The notes: a model not told the origin generated them from the letters alone. Positions 25,409-37,528 are shown, numbered from the stretch's first letter. The stretch: DNA of 64,000 bases from Octopus sinensis (GCF_006345805.1 NC_043013.1:6324001-6388000), one strand, 5' to 3'. Translations and numbers: made by a program.

Positions 25409-25850
25409 GAGCTGGCAGAAACGTTAGCATGCCGGGTGAAATGCCTAGAGGGTATTTCGTCTGGCCGTTATGTTCTGAGTTCAAACTCCACCGAGGTCGA
25501 CTTTGCCTTTTATCCCTTCGGGGTCGATAAATTAAGTACCAGTTACGCACTGGGGTCGATGTAATCGAGTCAATCCCTTTGCCTGTCCTTGTTTGTCCCT
25601 TCTATGTTTAGCCCCTTGTGTGCAATAAAGAAATAAGAATCGTTAGCACGCCAGGCAAAATGCTTGCGGTATTTCGTCTGGTTTTATGTTCTGAGTTCAA
25701 ACTCCATCGAGATCCTTTGCCTTTCATCCTTTCGGGGTCGATTAAATAAGTACCAGTTACGCACTGAAGTCAATGTAATCGACTTAAATCCTTTGTCTTT
25801 CCTTGTCTGTCCCCTCTATGCTTAGCCCCCTGTGAGCAATAAAGAAACAA
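25409..25850 (+). mobile_element. Dimeric SINE family A
   Basis: Two consecutive family A cores. Confidence 0.85.
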
Positions 25851-26026
25851 ATGTGCTGTTCCCAAATAAACCTAATCAGCGTCTACGTTACAATCGAAAA
25901 TATTCAAGTTATCGGATATCTTAGAATTATATTGGAGTCAGCTATTCATAAAGTCGGAAATATTTTTAATTAAAAAAACAAAATGCATGAACATAATCGA
26001 AAGCTACACATTTAAAAATGCCTGCA

Positions 26027-26438
26027 TGGCGATCTTTCGTCTCTAGTAGACCTTTTCGTCGATTTCCTTAAAAAAATTTTTTTTTTTACATATGGGCTTG
26101 CGGGAACTTTTGAAGTAATGAGAGCGAAAGAGACTAAGAGAAAGCGATTTTACGACGACGGAAGTTCTTTTGAAGTTACTGTGCATGGCAAGCATTGATG
26201 TACATGTGTGTGTCTGTGCGTGTGTGTGTTTGATGGGGTGTGGGAGACAGACAGTATGTTGTGTAAGTGAAGTGCTTCTGTTAGTGTGTGTGAAAGAAAG
26301 AGATAACTGAAATTTTTTACTCTGTGTATGTGTATATGTATGTATATTACTTCAAAAGTTCCCGCAAGCCCATATGTAAAAAAAAATTTTTTTTTTCAGA
26401 AATCGACGGAAAGGTCTACTAGAGACGAAAGATCGCCA
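26027..26438. repeat. ~93-bp inverted repeat pair (26027-26119 and 26346-26438)
   Basis: Arms are near-identical apart from the A/T run; ~225-bp spacer. Confidence 0.85.
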
Positions 26439-26844
26439 AATGCATCTCTGCAAAATTTCCGTAAGAAATATGCAGCGAAACAGAATGTTTTGAAGGTGAA
26501 AAATCGGTTCGGGGCACCAAACTGTAGTTACGCCACATTTTAAAGCCAAAAAAAGCAATAGTTTCAAATTTTGGCACAAGGCCAGCAATTTCGGGGTGGA
26601 TGGGTAGGTGGGAAGGTCGATTATATTAACCCCGACTTCTCAACTGATACTTATATGACCCCAGTTCATTCCTATTGCTGTGTGTGTGTGTGACTTGTTC
26701 ATGAACACGGACAGAACATTCCTGAAGACCGGTGTTGATAGAATGAAGTTCTCCGAGTAAAAGATGTTCCCTTGCAGAAGTGCATTGAACTAGGAAATAG
26801 ACAGACCGTCGGAAAACTGGAACCAAAGAAGACTATTAAAAGAT

Positions 26845-27217
26845 GGTACTACTTGAGAACAGTGGTCCCGGTGCGCGCACTCGCGTAGTCGCGCATCCGC
26901 TCTTGCTAGTTGTGACTAGTCGATCCTACGACTACTAGCAAAGTAAATAAAACACAAAATAAATAATTTTTTTACACAAAATAAATAAATAAGGAAACAC
27001 AAAGTAAATAATTTTTTAAACAAAGTAAATAAAACAAAAAATAAATAATTTTTGTTAAACAAAATAAATAAAACACAAAAAAAACAAGTAATTAATTTTT
27101 TAAACAAAGTAAAAAAATACAAAAAAACAAAGTAAGGATCGACTAGTCATGACTAGCTGGCGCGGGTGCGCGAGTACGCGAGTGCGCGCACCGGGACCAC
27201 TGTTCTCAAGTCGTGCC
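26845..27217. mobile_element. Non-autonomous foldback element with 77-bp CpG-rich TIRs
   Basis: 26851-26927 is the reverse complement of 27135-27211 (first 37 nt perfect). The interior is A-rich and tandemly repetitive; the right end is followed by TTAA. Confidence 0.75.
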
Positions 27218-27369
27218 TTAAAAAGTTGCATGAAATATATAATTAAAACTTAGAAATAAATATTCTTAAAATTCCGGGAGAGTGTCTATCTAAGGGAAAT
27301 AACCGGAGTGGCGCCCGGTGAAAGCGAGATAAGTCCTGGAAACTGACGGAGGAAAAATTATCTCCAAAC

Positions 27370-28848
27370 ATGAACCGAAATGATGGAAGCGAACTGGTTA
27401 TTGGTGATCGTATCGAATGTGATGATTATTTTGGGACGATAAAATATATAGGAGAAGTTGACGCGATGGAAGGTGTTTGGTTTGGCATTGATTGGGATGA
27501 AATTCATCGGGGAAAACATGACGGTAGCTATAAAGGTAGGCGTTACTTTCAAGCAGGACATCCTAAATCTGGTTCGTTTATTAAACCAATAAAGGCTAAA
27601 TTGGGACAATCTTTCCCTGAGGCTTACGTCTGTAAAGTTAAAGATGTTATTGATGTGCCTTCAAGAATTTTGATTCTCAATAATCATGCAATCTATGGAC
27701 TTGGTTCCCAGGAAGTGACCAGTCAGTTTTCGGCGATTGCGTCAAAAATAACAGAACTAGATCTTTCTGGTAATTTGTTGAAGAACTGGACTCAAGTTGC
27801 TGAAATTACTAACTTAATTCCTAATCTGTTGAAGTTAAATGTAAGTAATAACCGTTTAATAATTCCTGAACACGCGGAAAACTTGTCAAAATCTTTTGCC
27901 AAAGTAGAAGATCTGGTTTTAAACCGAATGAACTACGACTGGGCCAACATTTTATCTGCTGCGTCGATGTTTCCGTCCCTTCGAGGTTTGTACGTGTGTT
28001 TTAATAATTTGGAAAAATTGGATGATTCCACGGGGAAATTGACAAACCTGAAATTTCTCTCATTAATAGACAATCGCTTAAGTGACTGGAACGAACTTTT
28101 AAAACTTGGTCAACTTCCTCAATTGAGCACACTTTATGTAAGTAACAATCAACTGACAGCTGTCTCCTTCAATGACGTACCTTTGGAAGACGGCGAGAAA
28201 ACCACATATTTTCCTTCTCTGAAGTGTTTAGATTTAAGCAGCAACCTCATCGATAACCTGTCATCAATCGATGAGCTTAGTAAATTAGCCAACCTTGCCG
28301 AGTTTTCTTTCCTTCATAATCCAGCAGCAGATATAGATGAGGACAAACTATTTAATTTGATAATTGCCAAAATTGGCAGTTTAAAAAAATATTCAAAAGC
28401 CGAATTCCTTGTCGAAGAACGGAAAAGTGCTGAAATATTTTATCTTCGCATGGTTGAGAAACTGGCATTAGAGAAAAATATCAGTGAAGAAGACACAGCT
28501 AAAACATGTTCAAGATACAAAGAACTGGTAAAGTTGTATGGACATGCAAGTCCTGAATCATTAATAACCAAGACAACTGTTCTACGAGATAAATTAATTG
28601 CAGTTGACATTGAAACTGTTAATATTCCTGATAAAGTGTTCAAGAACAAGAAATTATCTCCAACCATGACCATTCTAAAACTGAAGTTACTTGTACAAAA
28701 ACTCTTTAAAATTCAAGAAATAACTAACCTAGAATTATCTTATATCAGTAAAAACAATTCTCAATTGAAAGTTCACTTAGAGAATGATTTGCATGAACTG
28801 TCGTTTTACAGTATAGAAAATGGTGATAATCTCGTTGCAAAATGGTAA
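27370..28848 (+). CDS. TBCE: Intronless TBCE-like protein (CAP-Gly, LRRs, UBL), 492 aa; copy A
   Basis: CAP-Gly motif GVWFGIDWD..RGKHDG, about 8 LRRs, EERKSAEIFY cap, and C-terminal UBL ending SFYSIENGDNLVAKW. ORF is intact; ATTAAA near 28934. Paralog rather than confirmed ortholog. Confidence 0.9.
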   Translation: MNRNDGSELVIGDRIECDDYFGTIKYIGEVDAMEGVWFGIDWDEIHRGKHDGSYKGRRYFQAGHPKSGSFIKPIKAKLGQSFPEAYVCKVKDVIDVPSRILILNNHAIYGLGSQEVTSQFSAIASKITELDLSGNLLKNWTQVAEITNLIPNLLKLNVSNNRLIIPEHAENLSKSFAKVEDLVLNRMNYDWANILSAASMFPSLRGLYVCFNNLEKLDDSTGKLTNLKFLSLIDNRLSDWNELLKLGQLPQLSTLYVSNNQLTAVSFNDVPLEDGEKTTYFPSLKCLDLSSNLIDNLSSIDELSKLANLAEFSFLHNPAADIDEDKLFNLIIAKIGSLKKYSKAEFLVEERKSAEIFYLRMVEKLALEKNISEEDTAKTCSRYKELVKLYGHASPESLITKTTVLRDKLIAVDIETVNIPDKVFKNKKLSPTMTILKLKLLVQKLFKIQEITNLELSYISKNNSQLKVHLENDLHELSFYSIENGDNLVAKW

Positions 28849-30059
28849 TTTATGCTTTACTTCATTCCTGTCTATGATAACTTTAAACCGGCAACTATTG
28901 TGTTTTGTAAAATATTTCCTGCATGAACTTTTATTAAAAGTGTGAGACACTTCAGTTTTTTTTCTTTTTTTTGTTTTAGTATTTTAGTTTTGTTTTCACC
29001 ATGAAAGCTAAGCTCATGCTGGAGTCCTTCTTTCAGAACTGTAATCATGTTTATGTTTGTCTCGCTCTCTCTGTACTTGACAACTAGTGTTGGTCTGTTT
29101 CCATACTTGTAACTTAGCGGTTCAGCAAAAAGTGCCCGATGTAATAAGTACTAGACTTAAAAATTCACACTGGGGTCGGTTTGATTGACTTAACCCTTTA
29201 TGATAGTACCCCTGCATGGCTGTAGATAATGACTGAAACAAGTAAAATGAACTCATTTCACGTTGCTCCAGCCTACTCAGCTGGTAAAAATGAGTAATCC
29301 TGCGATGGACCGGCGTCCCATCCAGGTGGGGAATTTCTACGCCACTGAAACTGGGAAACCAGCCCTTATGAGCCTGGCATGGCTCGAGAAGAAGGAAAGA
29401 TGCCCTTCCTGTCACCAGTCCTCACTTGTTTCCAAGCTAAGTAATATTTTACAGTTGTCAGACATGTTTTGATACAAGATTGGAAATGAGAGTTGTAAAC
29501 AAGCATCACTGTCATACAAGCAGTGTTGCTCATTCCCTGTCTTTCATGAAAAAAAACCCAGAAATATTTGCACATGCGGAAATATTACTTTGCTTGGAAA
29601 CATGTATGGGTTGGTGATAAGGTGGACATCTCGTGACGAGAAATTCTTATTATTTGAAAGGGGACAAGCTGGCAGAGTCATTAACATGCCAGACAAAATG
29701 CTTAGAAGCATTCCATCTGTCTTTAGGTTCAAATGCTACCAAGGTTGATTTTATCTTTCATCCTTTTGGGAGATGAGGAAGCATGAAATAAATACCAGTT
29801 GAGCATGAGTGTTGATGTAATTGACTAACTCCTTCTACAAGAAATTTCGGGACTTATGCTTGTAGAAGTACGGATTATTTGAGAGAGAAGTGGTTTACAG
29901 AATCAGTGGAGTATTAGACAAAATGTCTTGTAATTAAATACTTTACATCTGATTTCAAAACCCACCAAACTGAAGTTGATCTTTAATCCATGCAGTTAAT
30001 AAAATATACACCAATCATGTAACAGATACTATTTAACCCTTTCGTTACCATTCACTGCC

Positions 30060-30470
30060 TTTACTCTTTACTCTCTTTTACTCTTTTATTTGTATTTGTT
30101 TCAGTCATTTGACTGCGGCCATGCTGGAGCACCGCCTTTAGTCGAGCAAATCGACCCCGGGACTTATTCTTTGTAAGCCCAGTACTTATTCTATCGGTCT
30201 CTTTTGCCGAACTGCTAAGTGATGGGGATGTAAACTCACCAGCATCGGTTGTCAAGCAATGCTAGAGGGACAAACACAGACACACAAACATATACACACA
30301 CATACATATATACGACAGGCTTCTTTCAGTTTCCATTTACCAAATCCACTCACAAGGCATTGGTCGGCCCGAGGCTATAGTAGAAGACACTTGCCCAAGA
30401 TGCCATGCAGTGGGACTGAACCTGGAACCATGTGGTTGGTAGGCAAGCTACTTACCACACAGCCACTCCA
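30060..30470 (-). mobile_element. SINE family B
   Basis: Reverse complement of 12274-12650. Confidence 0.85.
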
Positions 30471-31611
30471 GTGCCTTTGTTTCAATTGATTTTGCAATTA
30501 AACACTTAGTAGAGTAATTGTTGTCATTTAGGTGTAAGGGGGGTGAGCTGGCAGAATCGTTAGCATCATGGACAAAATTCTTAGTAGCATTTCATCCTTC
30601 TTTATGCTCTGAGTTAAAATTCTGTGAAGCTTGACTTTGTCTTTCATCCTTTCAGGGTTGATGTAAAAATAAGCACCAGCTGAGCTCTGGGTTCAGCGTA
30701 ATTGACCAGCACCTTCCCCTAAAATTTCCACCTTTATGCCTACAGCAGAAAGGATTTTTAAACTGTTGTAAGGCAGTGAGCTGGCAGAATCATTAGCATG
30801 CTTAGCCGCATTTCACCTGCCTTTAGGTTCTGAGTTCAATTTCTGCCAAGGTCGACTTTGCTTGTATTCTTTCAGGATTGATAAAATAAGTACAAGTCAA
30901 GCACCAGAGTAGAGGTAATCGACTTCTCCCTTCTCTGGAACATGCTAGCAATGGTTTACATGTAATATTTAATTAGAATACATCCTTGAGATATTAAATA
31001 TTACATTCTTTTGCAAAATTCAGTGGTGTCCACTGTGATGTACATTTAAGATTGTTCTCTACTGACAAAGACGTGGGTATGGGGTTAAGAAGTTTGCTTC
31101 AGTAATCACATGGGTTGAGGTTCAATTTCACTGAACAGCATTTTGGGTAAATGCCTTCTACAACAGCCCTGCACTAATCAAAGACTTGTGAGAAGATTTG
31201 GCTGATGAAAACTGAAAGACGCTCATCATGTGGGTTATGCGCTTGCATGCATAAATACATTTGTGTCCCCTTGTCTTGACATTGTGTCATAATTGAAAAT
31301 GAGAACCCCTGTCATGCAAGCAGTAACATTCATTTCCATTATTCTGTGGAAACATGTCTGGTAATTGGGGAAATACTATCTTGTTTAGAAGCATGTGAGG
31401 GTGGACAACAGGAAGGGCATCCAGCTGTAGAAAATCTGCCCAAATAGACTCCATCAGACTCATAGAAAAGTGGATGTTAAAATGATGGTGATCTATCATT
31501 TATTTGCTTCAGTCATTAGACTGCAGCCATGCTGGAGCACTGCCTTGAAGAATTTTAAGTCCAATGAACTGACCCTGCTACTTTTATTCTTTTTCTTTTT
31601 TAATAGTACAT

Positions 31612-32015
31612 AGGCGCAGGAGTGGCGGTGTGGTAAGTAGCTTGCATACCAACCACATGGTTACGGGTTCAGTCCCACTGCGTGGCATCTTGGGCAAGTG
31701 TCTTCTGCTATAGCCCCAGGCTGACCAATGCCTTGTGAGTGGATTTGGTAGACGGAAACTGAAAGAAGCCTGTCGTATATATGTATATGTATGTGTCTGT
31801 ATATGTTTGTATGTCTGTGTTTGTCCCCCTAGCATTGCTTGACAACTGATGCTGGTGTGTTTACGTCCCCGTCACTTAGCGGTTCGGCAAAAGAGACCGA
31901 TAGAATAAGTACTGGGCTTACAAAGAATAAGTCCCGGGGTCAATTTGCTTGACTAAAGGTGGTGCTCCAGCATGGCCGCGGTGAAATGACTGAAACAAGT
32001 AAAAGAGTAAAAGAG
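31612..32015 (+). mobile_element. SINE family B
   Basis: Complete copy with GAGTAAAA tail. Confidence 0.85.
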
Positions 32016-32904
32016 AGTATTCTGTTGGTTTGTCTTGCTAAATGACCAAGTTATGGGGATGTAACCACCAACATCAATTGTCAAACAGTGGAAGACAAAT
32101 ACACACAAACACACACACATTCAATTTCTGCCAGCTTGCCACCTTATTAACAATAATAATCTTTTCTATTAGAAGTACAATGCCTGATAATGATAATAGC
32201 ATCCACTTTTCTGTCTTTTATGATCAGATGCCCTTCCTGTGGAGGCACGTAGCTTAGTGGTTAGGGTGTTGAACTCATGATCGTAAGGTTGTGGTTTCAA
32301 TTCCTGGACTTCATTTTCCCATTGCTCCAGTCCGCTCAGCTGGCAAAAGTGAGTAATCCTGTGATGGACCGGCGTCCCATCCAGGTGGGGAATTTCTACG
32401 CCACTGAAACTGGGAAACCAGCCCTTATGAGTCTGGCATGGCTCGAGAAAAGGGAAAGATGCCCTTCCTGTCACCAGTCCTCACTTGTTTCCAAGCTAAG
32501 TAATGTTTTACAGTTGTCAGACATGTTTTGATACAAGATTGGAAATGAGAGTTGTAAACAAGCATCACTGTCATACAAGCAGTGTTGCTCATTCCCCGTC
32601 TTTTATGAAAAAAAACCCAGAAATATTTGCACATGCAGAAATATTACTTTGCTTGGAAACATGTATGGGTTGGTGATAAGGTGGACATCTGGCCATAGAA
32701 TATCTGCAGAAAGAAATTCCACCTGAGCCATGCAAGCATGAAAAAAAAGAAAAAAACCTGATGTTGAAACAATGATGGTGATGATATGGTGATTCTGTGA
32801 CCTCTTCAGAAATAATATCTGTTGCCACACACTTGGTCCTTCCTTAAGTTTCCAGTTGCTATGTGTTGACAGGTATTTATGCAGCTTTCTAACTTACTTT
32901 ATAT

Positions 32905-33540
32905 ATCATCATCATCATCATCATCATCATCATTTAGCGTCCGTTTTCCATGCTAGCATGGGTTGGACGGTTCTACTGGGGTCTGTGAAGCCAGAAGGCT
33001 TCATCAGGCCCAGTCAAATCTGGCAGTGTTTCTACGGCTGGATGCCCTTCCTAACGCCAACCACTCCGTGAGTGTAGTGGGTGCTTTTTACGTGCCACCC
33101 GCACTGGTGCCAGACAGAGCTGGCAAACGGCCACGAACGGATGGTGCTTTTTATGTGCCACCGGCACGAGGGCCAGGCGAGGCTGGCAACGGACACGAAA
33201 CGGGGCGGTGCTGGCAACGGTCGCGAAACGGAAAGTTCTCTTACATGCCACCGGCACTGGTAACACATCTGCAATTTCCATTGATCGATTTCGATTCTGA
33301 TCCTCACTTACCTCAATGGGTCTTCACAAGCAGAGTTTCGACATGCCACCGGCACTGGTAGCACATCCGCAATTTCCATTGATCGATTTCGATTCTGATC
33401 CTCACTTGCCTCAACACGTCTTCACAAGTAGAGTTTTGTGTCCCAAGAAGGGAAGGTATGCATACGTAGGCTGGCTCCATCCCATGTAGAAGGCCACGGG
33501 TTGTGGACTCACTTGTCCTGCCGGGTCTTCTCGCGCATAT
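32905..33540 (-). mobile_element. RTE-associated 3' UTR element with (GAT)n tail and internal ~98-bp tandem duplication
   Basis: Shares its 3' end with the RTE copy at 12755; ACATGCCACCGGCACTGGTA...CTTCACAAG is repeated twice. Confidence 0.7.
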
Positions 33541-34242
33541 ATATAATGTGTGTATATATATATATATATAAAAATAAATAAATGCACCCTTTTTAAAGCC
33601 TAGCCAGGCTCATGGGCCCAGTTTCTATGGCGTATGTGCTCCCCAGCGACATGAAATGAAGTGTTTTGCTCAAGAACATAAACGCATTGCCCGGTCCAGG
33701 AATCAAAACCACAATCTTACGATCATGATGCTGACACCCTAACCACTAAGCCACGTGCCTCCACAAAAATGTTCCTTCTTAAACCATGCCAGACTCATAA
33801 GGGCCGGTTTCCCGGTTTCGGTGGCTTAGAAATTCCCCACTTGGATGGGAGACCGATCCATCGCAGGATTACTCATCTTTGCCAGCTGAGTGGACTGGAG
33901 CAATGTGAAAATGAAGTGTTTTGCTCAAGAACACAACGCATCACCCGGTCCAGGAATTGAAACCACAACCTTACGATCATGAGTTCAACACTCTAACCAC
34001 TAAACTATGTGCCTCCACGACTTATTGTATATATATCATCATCATCATCATCATTTAGCGTCCGCTTTCCATGCTAGCATGGGTTGGACGGTTCAACTGG
34101 GGTCTGTGAAGCCAGAAGGCTGCATCAGGCACAGTCTGATCTGGCAGTGTTTCTACGGCTGGATGCCCTTCCCAACGCCAACCAATATATATATACATAT
34201 ATATATACACACACACACACGTGTGTATAAATATATATAATC

Positions 34243-34467
34243 TATATAAAGGTTACAATACATGTATTAAAGTGTTAATAATAGTTTCATACGTTGAGAA
34301 ATATCTCAAACATAATCTTCAGATGCAAACCACATATCATAATGAACCAAAGACATTTTCTGTAGTTCATTATGATATGTGGTTTGCGCCTGAGGAATAT
34401 GTTTGAGTTTTCTCAACACATGAAACTATTTGTAGCACTTTAATACATGTATTGTAACATTTATATA
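34243..34467. repeat. ~105-bp imperfect inverted repeat with 17-nt spacer; each arm carries CTGANGA...GAAAC
   Basis: 34243-34347 pairs with 34365-34467. Confidence 0.85.
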
Positions 34468-34742
34468 AATTATATTTATCTCTCACAGATGGAGTACATT
34501 TTTTGTTGAATTTTCTACCACAGATCAGTACATTATATATATGTGTGTGTGTGTGTGTGTAGTTGTTTTTTGTTCATTACCTTCCACCATTTCTATCTAA
34601 TTTACTACTCATTTACAAACTTACATTATTTAGGTGTCTTCTTATATACATACATAATATATATAGATATGTAAGTATGTACATATATGTACGTATATAT
34701 ATATATATATATAATATATATATATATATTATATATATATAT

Positions 34743-34865
34743 TTTTATAGAAGGAGCTTCTACAGGACTAGAACTGTTTCATTCAGATGAAATCTTCAGG
34801 AATGCTTCCTGAAGATTTCATCTGAATGAAACAGTTCTAGTCCTGTAGAAGCTCCTTCTATAAAA
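34743..34865. repeat. Perfect palindrome: 60-bp arms, 3-nt loop
   Basis: 34743-34802 is the exact reverse complement of 34806-34865; loop is TGC. Confidence 0.95.
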
Positions 34866-35280
34866 TAAATTACTTTACTCTGCTATGTATTGAGTACCTT
34901 ATTTACTGTGGTTAACCCCGACTCAACCCGGGACCTACATATATATATATATATATATTTATATTACATATATATGCATATATTATACATACATATATAT
35001 ATATATATATATTATACATACATACAAACAAACAGTATACATATATAACAAAACAGGAAAGTGGAAATGTTTTAGTATAATTTATTCTGCATTTGACATG
35101 TTTCATTTGCTGATAGGTGCTACAAAGATTTACATGTTATATACATATGTAAAGAATTTCTTATGAGAAATTTATCAGATAAAGAGAAAATTTTTACTAC
35201 ACAATACAAAAATACACCTAGATGAAGCGTTTATATATACAACCTCCAATACCGTTCATAGCCATGACTTGATCCCTTAA

Positions 35281-35500
35281 CCCTTTCGTTACCATATCTA
35301 TTTTGAGATGTTCTGTGTTTCTTTCAATTACGTTAAATATAACAAAGAATTTAGTAAATTAACTCAGTTATCATTCAACTAGTGTTAGGAACATAAATTG
35401 TGACTAATGTTTGGTGGAAGATTTTAATTCAAATTTTATGAAAACAAGACATTTGTACTCAAAGCAAGAGCCAGTTTCAGCCAGGTTGGTAATGAAAGGG
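35281..35500. mobile_element. piggyBac-type MITE with TTAA TSD
   Basis: TTAA/CCCTTTCGTTACCA ... TGGTAATGAAAGGG/TTAA. Confidence 0.85.
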
Positions 35501-37129
35501 TTAACTTGACATTATCCATGGCATCCATCATAATCCCATAATGTTGAACTTTCCCAGACATCTTTCACACTAGCATTATCTATCCTGTCAACTGCTTTCC
35601 TACTTTGTCCAAAAATTCTTTCCAGATAATAAACCTTGAAGTTAACTAAGTCACCTTGATCCATTGACTGGAGCAAAGAATCTGTGTTCTTAAGGTTGTG
35701 TTCCATTCTGATGTTATCAGAAACATCACCATCATCATCGTTTAACGTCCGTTTTCTATGCTGGCATGGGTTGGACGGTTTGACTGGGGACTGGCAAACC
35801 AGAAGGCTGCACCAGGCTCCAATCTGATCCAGCAAGGTTTCTACAGCTGGATGCATTTCCTAATGCCAACCACTCCGAGGGTATAGTGGATGCTTTTTAT
35901 GTGTAACTGGCATGGGAACCAGTCAGGCAGCACTGGCAACAACCACATGTGGATGGTACTTTTTATGTACCACCATTTATGTCTATTTGGTGGGTTAGTG
36001 CCACATGTAAAAGGAGCAATACTTTGTAAGAAATATTACACCTAACAGTGTACCTTTGTATAGCAGGGCAGTAGGCTTGGAAAAGCACATGGCCCAGTGG
36101 TTAGAGCGTCAGGCTCTCAAGCATGAGGTAGTGAGTTTGATTCCTAGACTGGGCTGTATTCTTGAGCAAGACATTTTATTTGATGTTGCTCCATTTTACT
36201 CAGTTGTAGAATTGGGTTGTGATGTCACTGGTGCCAAGCTGTATCAGCCTTCCCCTTGGATAACATTGGTGCCATGGAGAGGGGAGGCTGTTATGCATGG
36301 GTGACTGCTGGTCTTTCATAAACAGCCTTGCCCAGATTGATACCTTGGAGGAGAACTTTCTACGTGCAATCCCATAGTCATTCATGACCGATGAGGGTCT
36401 TTATCCCTTTAGTCTTGGAAAAGGTTCATAGTCACCCAATTCTTTTTATTTGAAAGCCAAATCACAGCTTGATTAAACTTAACACCTGAAACCTACCTAT
36501 TGGTTAATTGTAATGATGCAAAAACAGAGACTTTCATTTCATATCACCAACATCATCGACAGTATTTCCTCATTCAAGAATTGTCATGGAATTATAAAAA
36601 CCTTAATTCTTTAGCTTTTGAACTGACCATATATGGCCCAAATATTCTTCCAGTTATATGCTCAAACTGTCAAAATCTGATCTCTTACACCTACCCTACA
36701 ATGTCTTTGTAAAAATGAACAGTTACATCTCTGAGTAATTCAAAGCAATGCAAACTAATATACATTTGACAGAGTAATCATCATCATCATTTAATGTCTG
36801 CCTTCCATGCTGGCATGGGTGGGATGGTTTGACAAGAGCTGGCCAGGCAGAAGCCAGCAACACTCTTCTGTAACTGTTTTGCAGGATTTTTACAGCCGGA
36901 TGCCCTTCCAAACACCACCATTCAGCAGAGTGGACTTAGTGTTTCTTACATGGCACAAGCACAGGTGAGGTTAGTTTTGGCAAGGTTTTTACAGCTGGAT
37001 TCCCTTCCAAACAACAACCACTTTATAGTGTGGACTGGGTGCTTTTAAGTGGCACCTGCACTGACAGGGTCACCAAGTACTTGCAAGACAAAAAAAAAAA
37101 ATTAAATGCTAAATGGTTAAAGTTTGGTA

Positions 37130-37360
37130 TCAGTTTTCTTCACCAGAAATTTTTTTAAAATGTCCTGGCAGGCAATCACTTCCAGAAAAGCCAAACTTCA
37201 TCAAAATTGTACACTCGTTCTGGTATGTAGCTTCTTTCAGCAATCAATTTCTTTGGTTTTTCAGGATAATTAATAACAGCCCCTACAACAGCAGTGGCAG
37301 TTTCACTGACTATTTTAATGTTGTACAAAATAAGGCACTTCTTTAAACCTTTCAAACCAG
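37130..37360 (-). mobile_element. pogo/Tigger transposase remnant
   Basis: The minus frame reads NYPEKPKKLIAERSYIPERVYNFDEVWLFWK*LPARTF, matching the pogo YxPxQVFNxDETGLFWKxMPxRT motif. Confidence 0.6.
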
Positions 37361-37528
37361 TAGTTAATAACCAGAAAAGGATTTTGCATTACATGTTGCT
37401 CCATGGCCATTTTGCAAATTGCCATAAAAACTTTTAGCTTTCATATAGAAAAAACAATTTTGTTTATCAACACATAGCATTTCATCTGATCAGCAATCTA
37501 CACACACAATAGAGACATTCCATATTAA

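Larger units (their letters stand above)
29262..32690. repeat. ~370-bp direct duplication (about 29262-29630 and 32322-32690)
   Basis: Both copies run through the same SINE-to-other-repeat junction at roughly 95% identity by eye. Confidence 0.85.
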
